NCBI RefSeq assembly: GCF_041146345.1
Contig: NW_027191410.1
Coordinates: 1,240,001-1,304,000, forward strand
Source of the DNA: Neodothiora populina
Taxonomy: Eukaryota
Reading direction: 5' to 3'
Length of the DNA: 64,000 nt
This document shows, piece by piece, positions 1 to 12,673 of the stretch (its first letter is position 1; the number at the start of each line of letters is the position of its first letter). The notes under the pieces were generated by a model. The model had not been told where the DNA came from, did no database searches, and was given only the letters and a program-made list of their open reading frames with translations. The translations under genes were made by a program, and so were the position numbers.

Positions 1-288
1 GTCCCTTATCACAGAGACTGGCCAAGTGGATACGTCTCGAAAACTACCATGAAAGCTCTGCTGAGATATGACCATAATGCACCAAGATTTCACCTCCGAT
101 TCGTCTCGTTATTCAAATTAGCCGCTTTTCTGCTGAACACAGCTTTGTCGTGATTAGAGCAATATATGCAACGCTATGCTGGTTGATGCACTTGGTCGAT
201 TATTTTCTTCGGCGTAGTAATCGCGGGTGTCAACCACCAAACCGGTTGGACAAGTCGTTGCAACGGTATCGCACTCTTCGTGCCAAAC

Positions 289-1789
289 CTATACCGTCTT
301 CGCATTGACCGTGTATTTCGACCAATTCTCTTCGGTGTCAGCTTGCTTCCATACATCCACGCCTCCAGCTACGCCTTGTGCGTCCACAGACCAGTAGCCG
401 CTCTCGACATTCTTGAGCCAATTCTCGAGAATTGCAAACAGTTTTGGGCCGTGACGCATGATTTGTGGATTTATGCCGTGACCGTAGAGATCCACGTTGC
501 TTCGCAAGATGCGATGTCCATCACTAGTTCTGGCGCATTTGTTTGCACCTAGGGGGAATGGCAGAACCAAACGACAAGCGTCTTGGAAGGGGTTTTCCTT
601 GTTGGGATATGCATCCAAGTACAATCCGCAAGGGACTTTCTCGACGGTCGAGAACGGATATCTGAACTTCGCTTCCTTGGAAGTGACGTATCCCTCGCAA
701 CGAAAGAATAGAATTGGCATAGTGACGGCCTCTGTTTCTTTTGGGAATTGCTGAGCGATGTTCTTGAAAGGTTGGTTGATGAATTCGCTTGTCGTTGGCA
801 ACCTTACGCCAGGGGCTACGAACCAGATGCCAGGTTGGCGTGCATATGACAGAAGATCGTAGGCAAACCCTCTGGCGATCGATGCTGCGTTCAATGCTGA
901 GCGTCCACATAGGGGCGTGATGTTGTGATCGTCCTCATCCTCGGGTGCGATCCCAGCACGCTTCTCAATTGCACTGAACAGCTTTTGCCATATACTTAGG
1001 CAATTTGTAAGATCGCCATGAGTATATGGCACTAACGCCCAGGGGTCAGTGTTATACTTAGATCTACGGACTCCGCTATACGGGTCCATCTCGAGAGATT
1101 TGCCCACACTCTGGTGCAGAGCTACAGCTTTGCCGGATTCAATCATGTCAATGTAAGTACTTAGTATTGACTCTAGACGTTGCCACGGCAAAGCAGGGTC
1201 GTTCAGATTGAATATGTGATGAAGTGTGGGCATGAATATAGCCTTATGCGTAGCTTGGTCATATCTTAGAATCATCAGCTTGCGTGACGTGAAGAAAAGT
1301 CCTGTAACCCATGTGGGCTATCGGAGTGATGTACTGAAGAGTCTGATGGAATGATACCACTTACATTATTCCGTTCGGTTTCGTGACCAGGTCTTTCGAC
1401 GTCAAGTAGAGGGTAATGAATCTGTTTCTTTCCTGAGGCTTGTGCTCATGTTCTTCATCCGCGAGCAAGTCGCCAAAGCCAGCCATTTGCTTGGGTCCAG
1501 CAAGACCAGAGACATAGTAGAAGAAATTGCACTTTGGTAGATCGAACACTTTCTTGAGAAAGCGTACGAGTGAAGGCCGTAGGTAACGTTCTAGTACCGG
1601 GCTACCATGTTTGGTCCACCAGGGCCGTCGGTCCATGTCGACAATTTGTCTTCCGCTCCGAACCCATCCATAGATCGAGATGGAATTGTGGAGAGTCGCG
1701 CATCGCTCCCAATCCATCTCAGCCCCATTGCGCGGTGGATTTGCGTCCGTCACGCGGTGTTTCGCAATTGACAGAAACGGGCTCGTCAT
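289..1789 (-). CDS. Uncharacterised fungal protein, 2 exons (1789-1365, 1264-289)
   Basis: The 142 aa and 328 aa ORFs join through intron 1364-1265 (GTAAGT...GCTGAT...TAAG), giving ...KPNGI-I-YDQATHKA. Sequence is globular and protein-like (DWERCATLHN, WQRLESILSTYIDMI); no function recognised. Confidence 0.75.
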
Positions 1790-3108
1790 GATGGAAAATA
1801 ATTGGTGACCGAACGAGAATCAACACAAGTATGATTGAGGGAGTATTGAACTGCTTGTTAAACTCTTTTTCAGAAGGCGAACCCCCCAAAAAAACCGTTT
1901 GCCGATGATTCTCGGGCGCTAAATGAAAATCAGTAGGCTAAGCTTGATGACGTAGCGTTGTATATGGAGACCTAGGCTGTCGACCAAGAAAGCGGTTAAT
2001 ACATACATCATCATTATCCGGACTGCTTGCATGTCTTCGCATGTTGTACGGCGTGATGGATGAGGAGATCCGTACGACCTAGATATTGAGGTGGTATATG
2101 TGTCTGCATACTGCAGCTTGCTAATGTCTCGCAGCATGCTTCAGACGCAATCACAGACAGTTCTTCTAGCAGCGCTAACATGCGCATATATGAGTCAGCA
2201 TACCAACAACTTGCGGATATCAGTGTAAGATATCAATGGTGGGACACTACACCTGCAATTCTCGCAGAAACTACCAGTCTTGATTGTGGGGTGACAAGAT
2301 AATAGATCGTGTCGCGGCACAGCGTTGACATCTGGCAAAAGCAAGCGACGATGCGCAAGATACGGTGCAGCAAATATCAGGTTATCTGAACACGCAGATA
2401 GCCAAATCATGCAACTCTCTTGCTCTAGTATGAGCGTACACAGGGAATCTAAATGCAGCAAGCCTGCGTCTCGTGACTGCCGAGTAGCCCGAGCATATGT
2501 GCACGAGTATTGTGACTCCCACGTATGCAAACGAGGTAAGTTGGGGCGACACATACCCAGCGCAGCGCTTTTCATGCATATGCAGTTCAATGAGTTGTGT
2601 TGGACGGTCCAGAATCAGCGATTGTAGACTTTAAATCACTGCATTGACCCTTAATATACCCCGCTGTAGTTGCCGGCATGGAGTGCGTATAGAGTATTGA
2701 CCTCTAATTCCCGACTTTGGTGTATGAGAACTTTGCGAGCGACGACGCTTTGGCCTGTATATCTCTAGAGCAGAAAGGTCTTGGGTACATCGCAGATCAA
2801 CAAGTCTACGGTGAAACGAGCGATCATGCAGTGCGGCTATTTTGCGATACCAAGAATCACAGAAGCAAAATTGATACCGGCTGATATGGAATCTTATCAT
2901 CTCAGGAGACCCGGCTTTCATCAGCAAAGTACCGTTTCATGTAAGAGAACATCTTCATGCTCGATCAAATCCAGGGATGTTTTTAAGGACTAGACATAGA
3001 TCTGATGTGGACAAAACATGATATTTCAGTGACCTTTTCTTTACTACTGCAGATATACTGAAAAGAATCTAGCTCGATGGTAATGGTGTAGCCAAAAAGC
3101 AAAATAAA

Positions 3109-3210
3109 TGGACTAGCCGCGAATCGAACGCGGGACCTTCTCCACTCAGTCAGAGCCACAGCGAGAGCCGAAGATGCTAAGAAGACGTTATACCACTAAA
3201 CCACAAGCCC
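3109..3210 (-). tRNA. tRNA-Ala(AGC) with 30-nt intron
   Basis: GGGCTTG/CTAGTCC acceptor stem with the G3:U70 Ala determinant; anticodon stem TCTTC/GGAGA, loop TT-AGC-A, intron after position 37; T-loop TTCGATT; T-runs downstream. Confidence 0.95.
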
Positions 3211-3406
3211 GGTCATTGGGTAAAATTTGAACTTTGGATAAATATATATACTTACATCGTGGAAGCACTGCGGTAAAGTGCTATCAGCATCTCTTTTGCC
3301 GATATTGTACCTCTCCAAGAAAAGAACGTGAGACTGTGATCATACTATACATGTTTACATTCTTTCTTGAGAGAATTACTCTGCACCTCTTCTATCACTA
3401 GAATGG

Positions 3407-6400
3407 CTACCGACCAAGCGATCGTTGATCTGCTGATTCGTCACCCATACTCTCATAAATATCAATGTCAGGAAGATGGCCTGGTAAGGCCTCGAACCAG
3501 GGCATCGTCTCTAGCCCTAGCAAAGACGTGTCTATATCTTGGCTCTCGATCAGCATGTCCTCGTACATGCCTTGGTCGTATCCTGCTAGATCGAAATCAT
3601 TATATGGTGTCGGATGCTCGAGATTACTATAAGGGGTTGTGCCAATAGCCGTGGATACTCCCGTCGCATGGGTAGCGTCACTGGAAAAAGATAGAGATTG
3701 CTGACCGCTCGGGTCGCCGCTGTGATCAGTGCTGCGCCGAGTCTGGTGCTGTTGCAGTCGTTGAGGTCTATGAGAGACCACCGATCCAGTCGAATAGCTG
3801 CGAGTATACTGAGTTGGGCTTGTGTTGTGCTGAGCTGGTGAGGGGACCGTGGTGTTTTGTATTGGTGACGAATTAAAGTAGAAGTTAGGCAACGACATGG
3901 CATCAACGCTTTGCTTCTCCGTCTGATTCTGATCCTGTGATTTAGAAGCAGGATTCGGAGGGAAATGCCAAGCCAGGTTCGTCGAAGGCGAGTTGAGAGT
4001 TCCCGTCAGTGTCCATCCGATAGGATCGTGATGGGATGCTGTGGCCTGGTTCGCCACTGGCCTGCGGCTACCCTCGCCGTCATCGATAGTGCTACGTCCA
4101 TTCTTGTTTCCTTTACCCATGCCTTGCACACCTATAGGACCTGCATTGCCGAGCCAAGTGCCCTTGAAGTCAATATTGTAGGCGCCCTTGACTCCCTCGA
4201 CCATCCCTCGAGTACCAATGTCCCATACGGAAGACTTCCTTCGCCACCCAGGCAATCTGAAAGCCTCTTCTGCTTTCGGATTGGGGCGTTCAACGGCGCT
4301 CTCGCCTTCCTCTGGAGTATAGAGTAGCGGATCCCCAACACCTTTGAATTTCTGATCAAGCACGGTCAGGATATACTTTGTACCTGCCCAGTAGGTCTCT
4401 AGGCTTTGCAAAGCCTTGTAGCTGAGTTGGTAGTGCTGAGACGCAGCTGTCGCTAGTAGAGTGTGTCGTGCCATCAGGCGGTCGGCTGCGGTCAGCAAAG
4501 TTGATCCATGATTGGAAGGAACTTCTACAGTCGACACAGCTGTGGCGCCAAGTTTATCTTGCTTGGGACTATGAGAGCGAGATTGTGCGGGCGACACAAC
4601 TTTGGACTGTGTCCTGGATTGCGATCGTGAGCTTGCTGCCTGCTCGGCTGTTTCTTTGAGGAAGGCACAAGCGGCGATGTAGATTGGCTGGGTTGTGAAG
4701 GGATTTCCGAGACATACTTTTGCATCGATCAACTGAGAATAGGATAGGATATCTGCGATAGTTTTTGCCGAGGACATGGAGAGCTGTTGGCTATCAGGGA
4801 AAAGTTGCAACATCTTGCCCTCAAAAGTCTTCAGCAGCGTGGGTTGATGAAGGAGGACGATGAGAGTGTGAAACCAGAAATGTAGCAAGACAAAGTTGGT
4901 GCCCTCTCCAGCTTTGACGTAGTGGTGAAAATTCGTGGCTTGGAAGTACAGCTTCAGGGGCAAGCCTTGATAGAAGTTGGTGACGCGTGTTTCCATGTCC
5001 GCCAGTTGTCGCGAGGTTTCGGTCGTAATGTCGGTGGGCTCCTTGATACTGTTCAGCAAGTCGGCGACCCTTCCGTACAGATGAACAATTCGAATCAATG
5101 CAGGGAACGGCATAGGCCATCCTGTTTTGGGATCTTGAGTCTCGAGGCAAGGAAAAGACAGCTCGATATCTTTATCATGTAAGGTTGATCGTCGCCCCGT
5201 ACCCGAAGAGACGACGCGGTCAAGAAAGAAGACAGCCCAAAAGGTATCCACTCGTTCGCGCTCGATCGCCCGCTGCTGGTCAGTGAGCATCTGACTCCCT
5301 ACACACCCTATATTATCCGTCTGGACATTAGAGGTGGACGAGTGTACGGAATTTGAGGTGCCACCAAAGTCGACCATTCTCGGAGTCGGACCATCTCTGC
5401 CTTCGTACAGTAGACCGTCAAGCTTCTGCATCCCAAGGTCTTGCGCGAGTCGGATCGCAATGCCCAAGTACATCCACAGGCCACTGTCTCTGCTCTCGCC
5501 GAACTCGTTATAGGCGAGGAGCAGTGCAGCCTGTACAGCAGCCACACTTGGAGCACAGAATGTATCGAGCAGAGCATTCTTTGCCCTTTGTGCAAAGACC
5601 GAGCCTTGCTCTGATGGTGAATTGGGCTTGCCGTTGGCGGTGTCATCTGCGCGTAGTAGCTCATGCGTCGAGAATCTCGCGGCCAGTGCACAGACAGCAT
5701 CAACCAGAATCACGTCGACTTCTTTCGTGTCGAGATCCTTGAGGAATAGATCCCGTTGGAGAAAGGGAAAATTGCATGCGAGATGGGCAAAGAATGTTGT
5801 CACCAGATGAGTTATAAGCTCACTAGGTGGACTTGGAGAATTGTCGTAGAAGGGCAAGACTACGGGGGTCGGATCTTGCGGTTGGGATAACGGTGAGTTG
5901 GGCAAGTGAGGATCTCTGCGATATCGATGCGGCGATGCGCCATCGTCATTGGAACGGTCAGAGGGAACGGGATTCGACGTGTGCTGATGATTGATCTTGA
6001 CGACCATCTGCTTAAAGCCAGGCATGATGGCAGTGGGACCCAGCCATCTAAAATACGGCATTCGATTTCTCGGTCCCCAAGAGAGCGAGGGCACGGGCGC
6101 ACGATGAACAGTGACTTCTTCCTCGATGCGAGACATGGTACTCGGCGGAGCAGGAACGACATGTACATTGGTCGGACTCTTGCTTGAGCGTTCATCTCGA
6201 GACAGGTCTCCCGCGTTTCCTGTGGCAGCCCCTCCAGATGACGACGGATGGGCATTCGATGACGGGCCCGAGGTTTTCTGCTCTGTTATATCGGACTTGA
6301 CAGAGTCGTGTTTGGATTCAGCCGCGTCAGACGATTTTTCTCCAGATTGCGAAGCAGGGCCAGCGGCAGCGGCGTCAACAGCATCAAAGCCACCACAGAA

Positions 6401-6580
6401 TACTTTTGCCTGGGCGCAGGTCTTGCATAATGGTCTTTCGCCTGAGCATGCAACTTTTCGCCTTCGACAGGTCAAGCAAGCGGCACTTACCCTCCGACGC
6501 TTGGGAATGGGAGCACCGTGGGTAGTGATGAAACGAAGCTTTTTAGGCTTGTTTTGTTTGTCTGAATCATGCGACTCCAT
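3407..6580 (-). CDS. Zn(II)2Cys6 transcription factor with fungal-specific TF middle homology domain (1057 aa)
   Basis: ACLTCRRRKVACSGERPLCKTCAQAKVFC binuclear cluster; middle region FFAHLACNFPFL, WMYLGIAIRLAQDLGM, TFWAVFFLDR; acidic C-terminus. Confidence 0.93.
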   Translation of the reverse strand: MESHDSDKQNKPKKLRFITTHGAPIPKRRRVSAACLTCRRRKVACSGERPLCKTCAQAKVFCGGFDAVDAAAAGPASQSGEKSSDAAESKHDSVKSDITEQKTSGPSSNAHPSSSGGAATGNAGDLSRDERSSKSPTNVHVVPAPPSTMSRIEEEVTVHRAPVPSLSWGPRNRMPYFRWLGPTAIMPGFKQMVVKINHQHTSNPVPSDRSNDDGASPHRYRRDPHLPNSPLSQPQDPTPVVLPFYDNSPSPPSELITHLVTTFFAHLACNFPFLQRDLFLKDLDTKEVDVILVDAVCALAARFSTHELLRADDTANGKPNSPSEQGSVFAQRAKNALLDTFCAPSVAAVQAALLLAYNEFGESRDSGLWMYLGIAIRLAQDLGMQKLDGLLYEGRDGPTPRMVDFGGTSNSVHSSTSNVQTDNIGCVGSQMLTDQQRAIERERVDTFWAVFFLDRVVSSGTGRRSTLHDKDIELSFPCLETQDPKTGWPMPFPALIRIVHLYGRVADLLNSIKEPTDITTETSRQLADMETRVTNFYQGLPLKLYFQATNFHHYVKAGEGTNFVLLHFWFHTLIVLLHQPTLLKTFEGKMLQLFPDSQQLSMSSAKTIADILSYSQLIDAKVCLGNPFTTQPIYIAACAFLKETAEQAASSRSQSRTQSKVVSPAQSRSHSPKQDKLGATAVSTVEVPSNHGSTLLTAADRLMARHTLLATAASQHYQLSYKALQSLETYWAGTKYILTVLDQKFKGVGDPLLYTPEEGESAVERPNPKAEEAFRLPGWRRKSSVWDIGTRGMVEGVKGAYNIDFKGTWLGNAGPIGVQGMGKGNKNGRSTIDDGEGSRRPVANQATASHHDPIGWTLTGTLNSPSTNLAWHFPPNPASKSQDQNQTEKQSVDAMSLPNFYFNSSPIQNTTVPSPAQHNTSPTQYTRSYSTGSVVSHRPQRLQQHQTRRSTDHSGDPSGQQSLSFSSDATHATGVSTAIGTTPYSNLEHPTPYNDFDLAGYDQGMYEDMLIESQDIDTSLLGLETMPWFEALPGHLPDIDIYESMGDESADQRSLGR

Positions 6581-7757
6581 GGCAATGTTTACATGAGTCT
6601 ATGTCGGTGGAACCAGGTCCTTGCCCTGACATCGAAAGAGTGAGATGGTCTATGAGCTGACACTGGCATGACGAGGTACTCTCTGGAGCCCAGGGAACGA
6701 CAGGGGGAGACGAAAAGCATGCACTCGTCTTGTGAAGTCGTCTGTACGAAAGCTGGAGGAGATAACAATCCCAATCTCGACATGAGGTCAAGCTAACACA
6801 TCCCGAGTCCGCGTCGGAGGCAGGCGGAGTTCCCAGGCCGATCTAGCGGTCTAATTTTGCGTCTTATGAAAAGAGGTAGATGCAGTATTACTTTGTCCAG
6901 TTTGTCGAGGGCACCGTGCCGGTCCAGAGTACATGATCTGTTCTTTCCGCTGCAGATGTCGGGGTCCTTCCCCGCACTCTGATCGCGGATGGGGCCCATT
7001 TCGATGCGGGGAGATGGTGAAAGCAGCTGGTCCGACACGGAGATTCGAGGTTCGGAGGGCGCCCAGATTTTGCCAAGACGCGGGCAGATGTCGACGGCAG
7101 GCTGGACTACTGTGGACCCGTCGGACCAGGGACTGAAGAACTGCATCAATGTACAAGACGATGTCCCGTTCGTAGGTGTGCTCGATGGGACATGTCTGAT
7201 GGCTGCCCATCCACTGAATGGTAGATTATAGTGAGGAGAGGAAGTCCGAGCATGTTCAGAGAGCATTTACAGGTAGCTCACCAACAAGCGAAACGATATC
7301 GCGGCTGGTGAATGGCGGATGGTGGATGGTGAAAGGATAAATACAAGACTGGAGAATGCAAATCACGAGCCACCAACGTCATTCTACTACGATATGCACA
7401 TGCGCGATGCACGATATGGGAGGCCGGTGGTTGTGTCTTTCCCGTCATTATTCCCCAACTCTGTCGTCCTCTCGGATCTGGCATTTGAGCTACTGGTGTA
7501 GTGTGAAGTGAGCTAGCTGGTACTACTGCGAGATACTGTACCTTAGCTGGTGGCTGCACAGAATCCGCTGCTCATTTCACAGCTCCTTCCACCATCGCAT
7601 TCGGTTGAGATTGTGACTTCCACTTCCATTCCATACAACCTCTTCTCTCTTTCCTCGCAATTACTTGTGATATCTCGACGCGCACAGCAGATGAATAAAG
7701 GACCAAATCCACCATAACAACCAAAACACTCGTTCGAGTACCTGGTCTGCTCCGACC

Positions 7758-10700
7758 ATGTCAGACAGGTGAGTAATTACATTCCTTTGGCATCTTGAGG
7801 CTTGTACCACATCACCGTCCTGTTCCACGGCTCCCGCAGTATCGCAGTGTCAATGTCCTGATTTCATGTCTCATGTTTCATGTTTCATGTTCTCCATCTC
7901 CCTCTTCTTCGAACCCACAAAGCCAAGCAAAATACAAGCGCGGATCATGCAATCTACCTGAATCAGTCCTTTTTATCTCTTGTTGCCCATGCTACATGTC
8001 GCCGCAGCTGACCTGGACAACAGTACAAGTAATGCGAGTGGCCTCACTCACAAACGATCCAAGTCTGGCGCCATAGCCAGCAAGGGCAAGTCGCTCCTGC
8101 ACCGAGTGACGAGCAGAACGGAGACGTCTACGCTCAGCCACCCAGGCGACGACAGCTTCAGCAGCAACACTGAACTCTCGACCCCCAGGGAGAAACCAGA
8201 GGCTGAGGCAGTGGCCGAGGCAGATGCTAAGGCAGACGCCGACGAGTCGGACGCCACCGCCAACCTCAGTCAAATACCCACCGACACGACCATGCCGTCG
8301 ACGGGTGAATCATTGACCCCCATAGCCACCAAGGCGAGCGCCAGAGACAGCGTGAACCTCGGCGCCAGCAACAGCAGACCCCACCTCGCCACCACAATGA
8401 CCAACACCAATGCCGATGCCCTGGCAGCTTCGCCGTCCTCGACCCGTCGACTCTCGTCGCCGCCCCACGACCACGTCGCCTCGTCCACTTCGCCCGTTGG
8501 ACCCTCGACGTCGATTGAGCAGTCGGTGCGGCTGTTCAAGGTCTTCGAGGCCCTCCGCCACGGCGACACTGCCGCCATATCCAAGGCTCTCCGCGAGGCC
8601 GACACCTCCAAGCTCGAGGGCACCACCGTGCTCCATCTCGCCGTACAATGCGCAGAACCGTCGGTGGTCGAGTACGTGCTCAGCATGGCCGGCCCCGGCG
8701 CCGACGTGAATGCAAGAGACAAGGACGGCAACACGTCACTGCACACAGCTTCCCTGCTGGGCAGGACGGGCATAGTCAAGCTGCTCCTGGACCAGAAGGG
8801 CATCAACGAGAGCACGACAAACTACCAGGGCAAGACGGCGCTGGACCTTGCACGCAACCCCGACGTCTACTCGTACCTGCAGCTCGCCCAGTCCATCTAC
8901 GTCGATGAAGCTGTGAGACACATTCAAGAGCTGGTACGCAGTCACAACTACAAAGATCTCGAGACAATGCTGGCCGACGAACACACTCGCGCCGTCGTCG
9001 ACGTCGACAGTCCAGAGCTGGCCATGGACCCCGCCACGGTCGAGACGGGCGGCACCTTGCTCCACGAAGCCACGCGCAGCAGAGACACCAGGCTGATCCA
9101 GCTTCTGCTGCTCAACGGAGCCGATCCTTTCAGAAGAGACAGGAAGGGCAAGCTGCCCCAGGACATCACCAAGGACGACAGGGTCAAACAGATCCTCAAG
9201 AAGAGCCCTGCCGCCGCCGCCGCTCAGCGAGGCATCCAGGAGAAGGCCATCCTGACCCCAGCCATCGGCGCGCCGGGCCAAGTCAGGGCGGAGAACGCAT
9301 TGAGCTCCAAGGAGGCCAGAGAAATCAAGGGATACCTGAAGAAGTGGACCAACTACACGTCTGGCTGGAAGCTGAGGTTCTTCGTGCTCGAAGACGGCGT
9401 GCTGAGCTACTACAAGCACCAGGACGACGCCGGCTCGGCGTGCAGAGGCGCCATCAACATGAAGATTGCCAAGCTGCAGATGGATCCCAAGGAGAAGCTG
9501 TCGTTTGAGATCCAGGGCAAGTCGTCGGTCAAGTACCACCTCAAGGCCAACCACGAAGTCGAGGCCAAGCGCTGGTTCTGGGCACTGAACAACGCCATCC
9601 AGTGGGCCAAGGACGAGGCGCGTGAAGAGAACAGGAGACAACAAGCCGAGAGCGACAAGATCAAGGAGGCCAGACACGAACAGCACGAGAAGCACCAGTC
9701 GAGGCAGAGCACAGACATGCCCCTGCGCGCAAGTGTGACACCGAACAGGACCAGCATCATCGGCGCCTCTCTTGCTCCCACCGCCACCACCAATACCACC
9801 ACCACCTCGGAGTACACCACTCTCAATAATTCCACTTCGTCGGCCATCGGCGAGTCGAGCATGTACGACAACGCGTCCGCAGAGGAGCCCTCGCGCTCGA
9901 TGATGCGCAGCACCACGTTTGGTGACTCTGACAACGACGATGACGAGGACAACAGCCAGTACAACTCCCAGCCGGCAAACAAAGACGCTTTCAACATCAC
10001 TGCTCAATCCGCCAAGCTGCAGCTGGACCTCTTGGCTTCCCTCTCCTCGGCGCTTGCGACAGAGCGTCAGGCCAACCCGGCTGCGACACTGTCCACTGCC
10101 GAGGTCGAAAGCGCTCTTCAGAGCTACGATGCCGCAGTCACGAACTTGAAAGGACTGTTTATGGATCTGCTGAAGATCCACAAGGACCACGACGCCTACT
10201 GGCAGTACAGACTCGACCGCGAAGCCAATGTCCGGAGGCTGTGGGAGGAGTCCATGGCCAAGGTCGCCAGGGAGCAGGAGCAGCTGGAGCAGCAGATCGG
10301 CGAGAGCGAAGACAAGCGGAAACGTACCAAGCGTGCGCTGAGGGAGGCTCTGGAGGGCGGCGGCACCATCTCGGGCGCAGCCACCACCCAGATGCGCAGT
10401 AGAAGAGGCACTCAGCCCGCCGTTGCAGCTGCTGGTTCTGCGACCCTCATCAATGCCGTCAAGAGCATCGAAGTCGATCGCGACGGCAGGGCGGTCGAAG
10501 AGGAAACCAGTGTCTTGCAGACAGGCCCCGTACCGCGTGTGAGTCTGGCACAGCTGACCAACGAAGAGCTCAGCGACGATGACTCCGACATGGAGGACGA
10601 GTTCTTTGACGCCGTCGACGCAGGCGAGGTCGAAGTTGTCGGCGAGCTGCCGCAACTCTCGAGCCCGCCAGCCACTCCTGGTGCGCCGGCAGTGAACGTC

Positions 10701-12074
10701 GAAGGCGGCGATGGACAGGAGGACGAGACTGGACAAGTCGCCATACGCAGCAAGGAGAACGAGATCGCCAAGAGTTACAAGGGATACGAGGATGGCATTC
10801 GAACGAAGCTTCCTCTGGACGCAGACAACCGACCCAAAATCTCTCTCTGGGTAAGTCGCAGGTTTTGCTGCTATCGTGTGACTACAAGCGACTGACAACT
10901 GCAACAGGGCATCCTGAAGAACATGATCGGCAAGGACATGACGAAAATGACGTTGCCTGTGTCCTTCAACGAGCCCACATCTCTGCTCTACCGTGTGGTC
11001 GAGGATATGCAGTACACCGACCTCCTTGAAATCGCAGCCGACCGCACCGACTCTTCGGAGCGTATGGTCTACGTGACTGCTTTCGCCGCCTCCGAGTATG
11101 CCAGTACGATCGGCCGTGTCGCCAAACCCTTTAATCCTCTGCTCGGCGAGACGTACGAATACGTCCGCCCAGACAAAGGCTATCGCTTCTTCATCGAACA
11201 GGTTTCGCATCATCCACCCATCGGCGCCGCCTACGCAGAAGCCGCACGCTGGGATTACTATGGAGAGAGCAGTGTCAAGTCCAAGTTCTACGGCAAGTCT
11301 TTCGACATCAATCCCCTCGGAACATGGTTCTTGAGACTTCGACCCACAGGTGTGACCAACCCGGACGGATCTCAGTACGAAGAGCTGTACACCTGGAGAA
11401 AGGTCACGTCTTCGGTCATTGGTATCATCACCGGCAACCCCACCGTCGACAACTACGGACCGATGGAGATCAAGAACTGGACGACGGGAGAGTCATGCGT
11501 GCTAGACTTCAAGGCAAGAGGCTGGAAGGCATCATCAGCCTACCAAGTATCAGGCCGCGTGACAGAAGGCAACGGACAGACCAAGTGGTCGATCGGTGGC
11601 CGATGGAACGACAAAATCTACGCTCGCCTGACACCGGGCTACGAAGGCGAAGTCGGCGAAAAGGACGCAAAGGAGGGCAAAGCCTTCAAGATCTGGGAAG
11701 CCGACCCGCGACCCACAGGCATACCATTCAACCTCACTCCCTTTGTCGTAACTCTCAACAACCTCCCTGAGCGTCTGAGACCCGTCATCGCACCCACCGA
11801 CTCGCGTCTCAGACCCGACCAGCGCGCCATGGAAGACGGCAAATACGACCTCGCAGCGACGGAGAAAGAACGCGTCGAGAACCTCCAGCGCAAGCGTCGC
11901 AGAGCGCGCGAGGAAAAAGGCGAAGAGTTTGTGCCCAAATGGTTCTCCCTCGACACGGACAAAGTCACGGGCGAGAAGTACTGGAAGTTCAATGGCGAGT
12001 ACTGGAAGATCAGAGACAAGGTGGCTAACGGCGAGGATACGTGGGAGAAGCAGAGGTTGGAGGAGATTTACTGA
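7758..12074 (+). CDS. OSH1: Oxysterol-binding protein, Osh1/Swh1 type (ankyrin repeats, PH, FFAT, ORD); exons 7758-7768, 8024-10850, 10908-12074
   Basis: Ankyrin repeats ([20 protein letters not shown]); PH domain ([20 protein letters not shown]); FFAT-like EFFDAVD; OSBP signature EQVSHHPP. An 11-nt first exon ATGTCAGACAG|GTGAGT is phase-compatible with the acceptor at 8023. Intron 10851-10907 restores [17 protein letters not shown]. Confidence 0.93.
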
Positions 12075-12468
12075 TTTCGATCGCGTGTTGAATGAATGGA
12101 AGATAAGTACTAGGTGTAGGTGGTGGTTCTTCTTCTCACTAGAGTAGAGCGCTTGACGTACTGTACTTTCGCTTCTCTTCTTTTCTTCGCCGCCCTTGTC
12201 AACAAATTAAATACATGAGAAACGACGTACATTTGATCAAGCGACGCGCAAATGCACTTGTTCCTCGTGTGTGTCTAGCGTGTGTCTGTCAGTCATGCAT
12301 TCCACCTACAGTGTGACAACGAAAAAGTAATTCAGATAGACAGATGACGAAGAACATAAGAAATAGAAAAACGACGACCACGGAGCGGTGAACAAGAATG
12401 TACCGATGAGATGATTATAGCATTCGACTATTTCATCTCAACTCCCTCGATTCGTTACCTATGTATTA

Positions 12469-12517
12469 TTACCATCTGCCATCTTCCATCTACCACCTAC
12501 CACCTACCACCTACCAC
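12469..12517. repeat. 7-mer minisatellite: 3 degenerate plus 4 perfect CTACCAC copies
   Basis: TTACCAT CTGCCAT CTTCCAT (CTACCAC)x4, between the convergent OSH1 and Sac-phosphatase 3' ends. Confidence 0.85.
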
Positions 12518-12673
12518 CGTCTTCTCTTTCAAACTCCTCTCCCCGTCAGCCAACGCGAAATCATCGGGCCCTCCTCATCTAATCTCTGCCATCTCCGCGA
12601 TCATGATCGAACAGCTGAACAGGGTATGAAAAGCAAGTAGAGAAGGGGGATAAAATGACAAAAACAAAAGAAA

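Noticed and set aside
2195..2993. Cys-rich short ORFs on both strands
   Set aside because: No signal peptide, motif or splice model supports them.
8736..11213. 825-aa minus-strand ORF
   Set aside because: Antisense shadow of the GC3-rich OSH1 gene, carried across a 57-nt intron; no recognisable domain.
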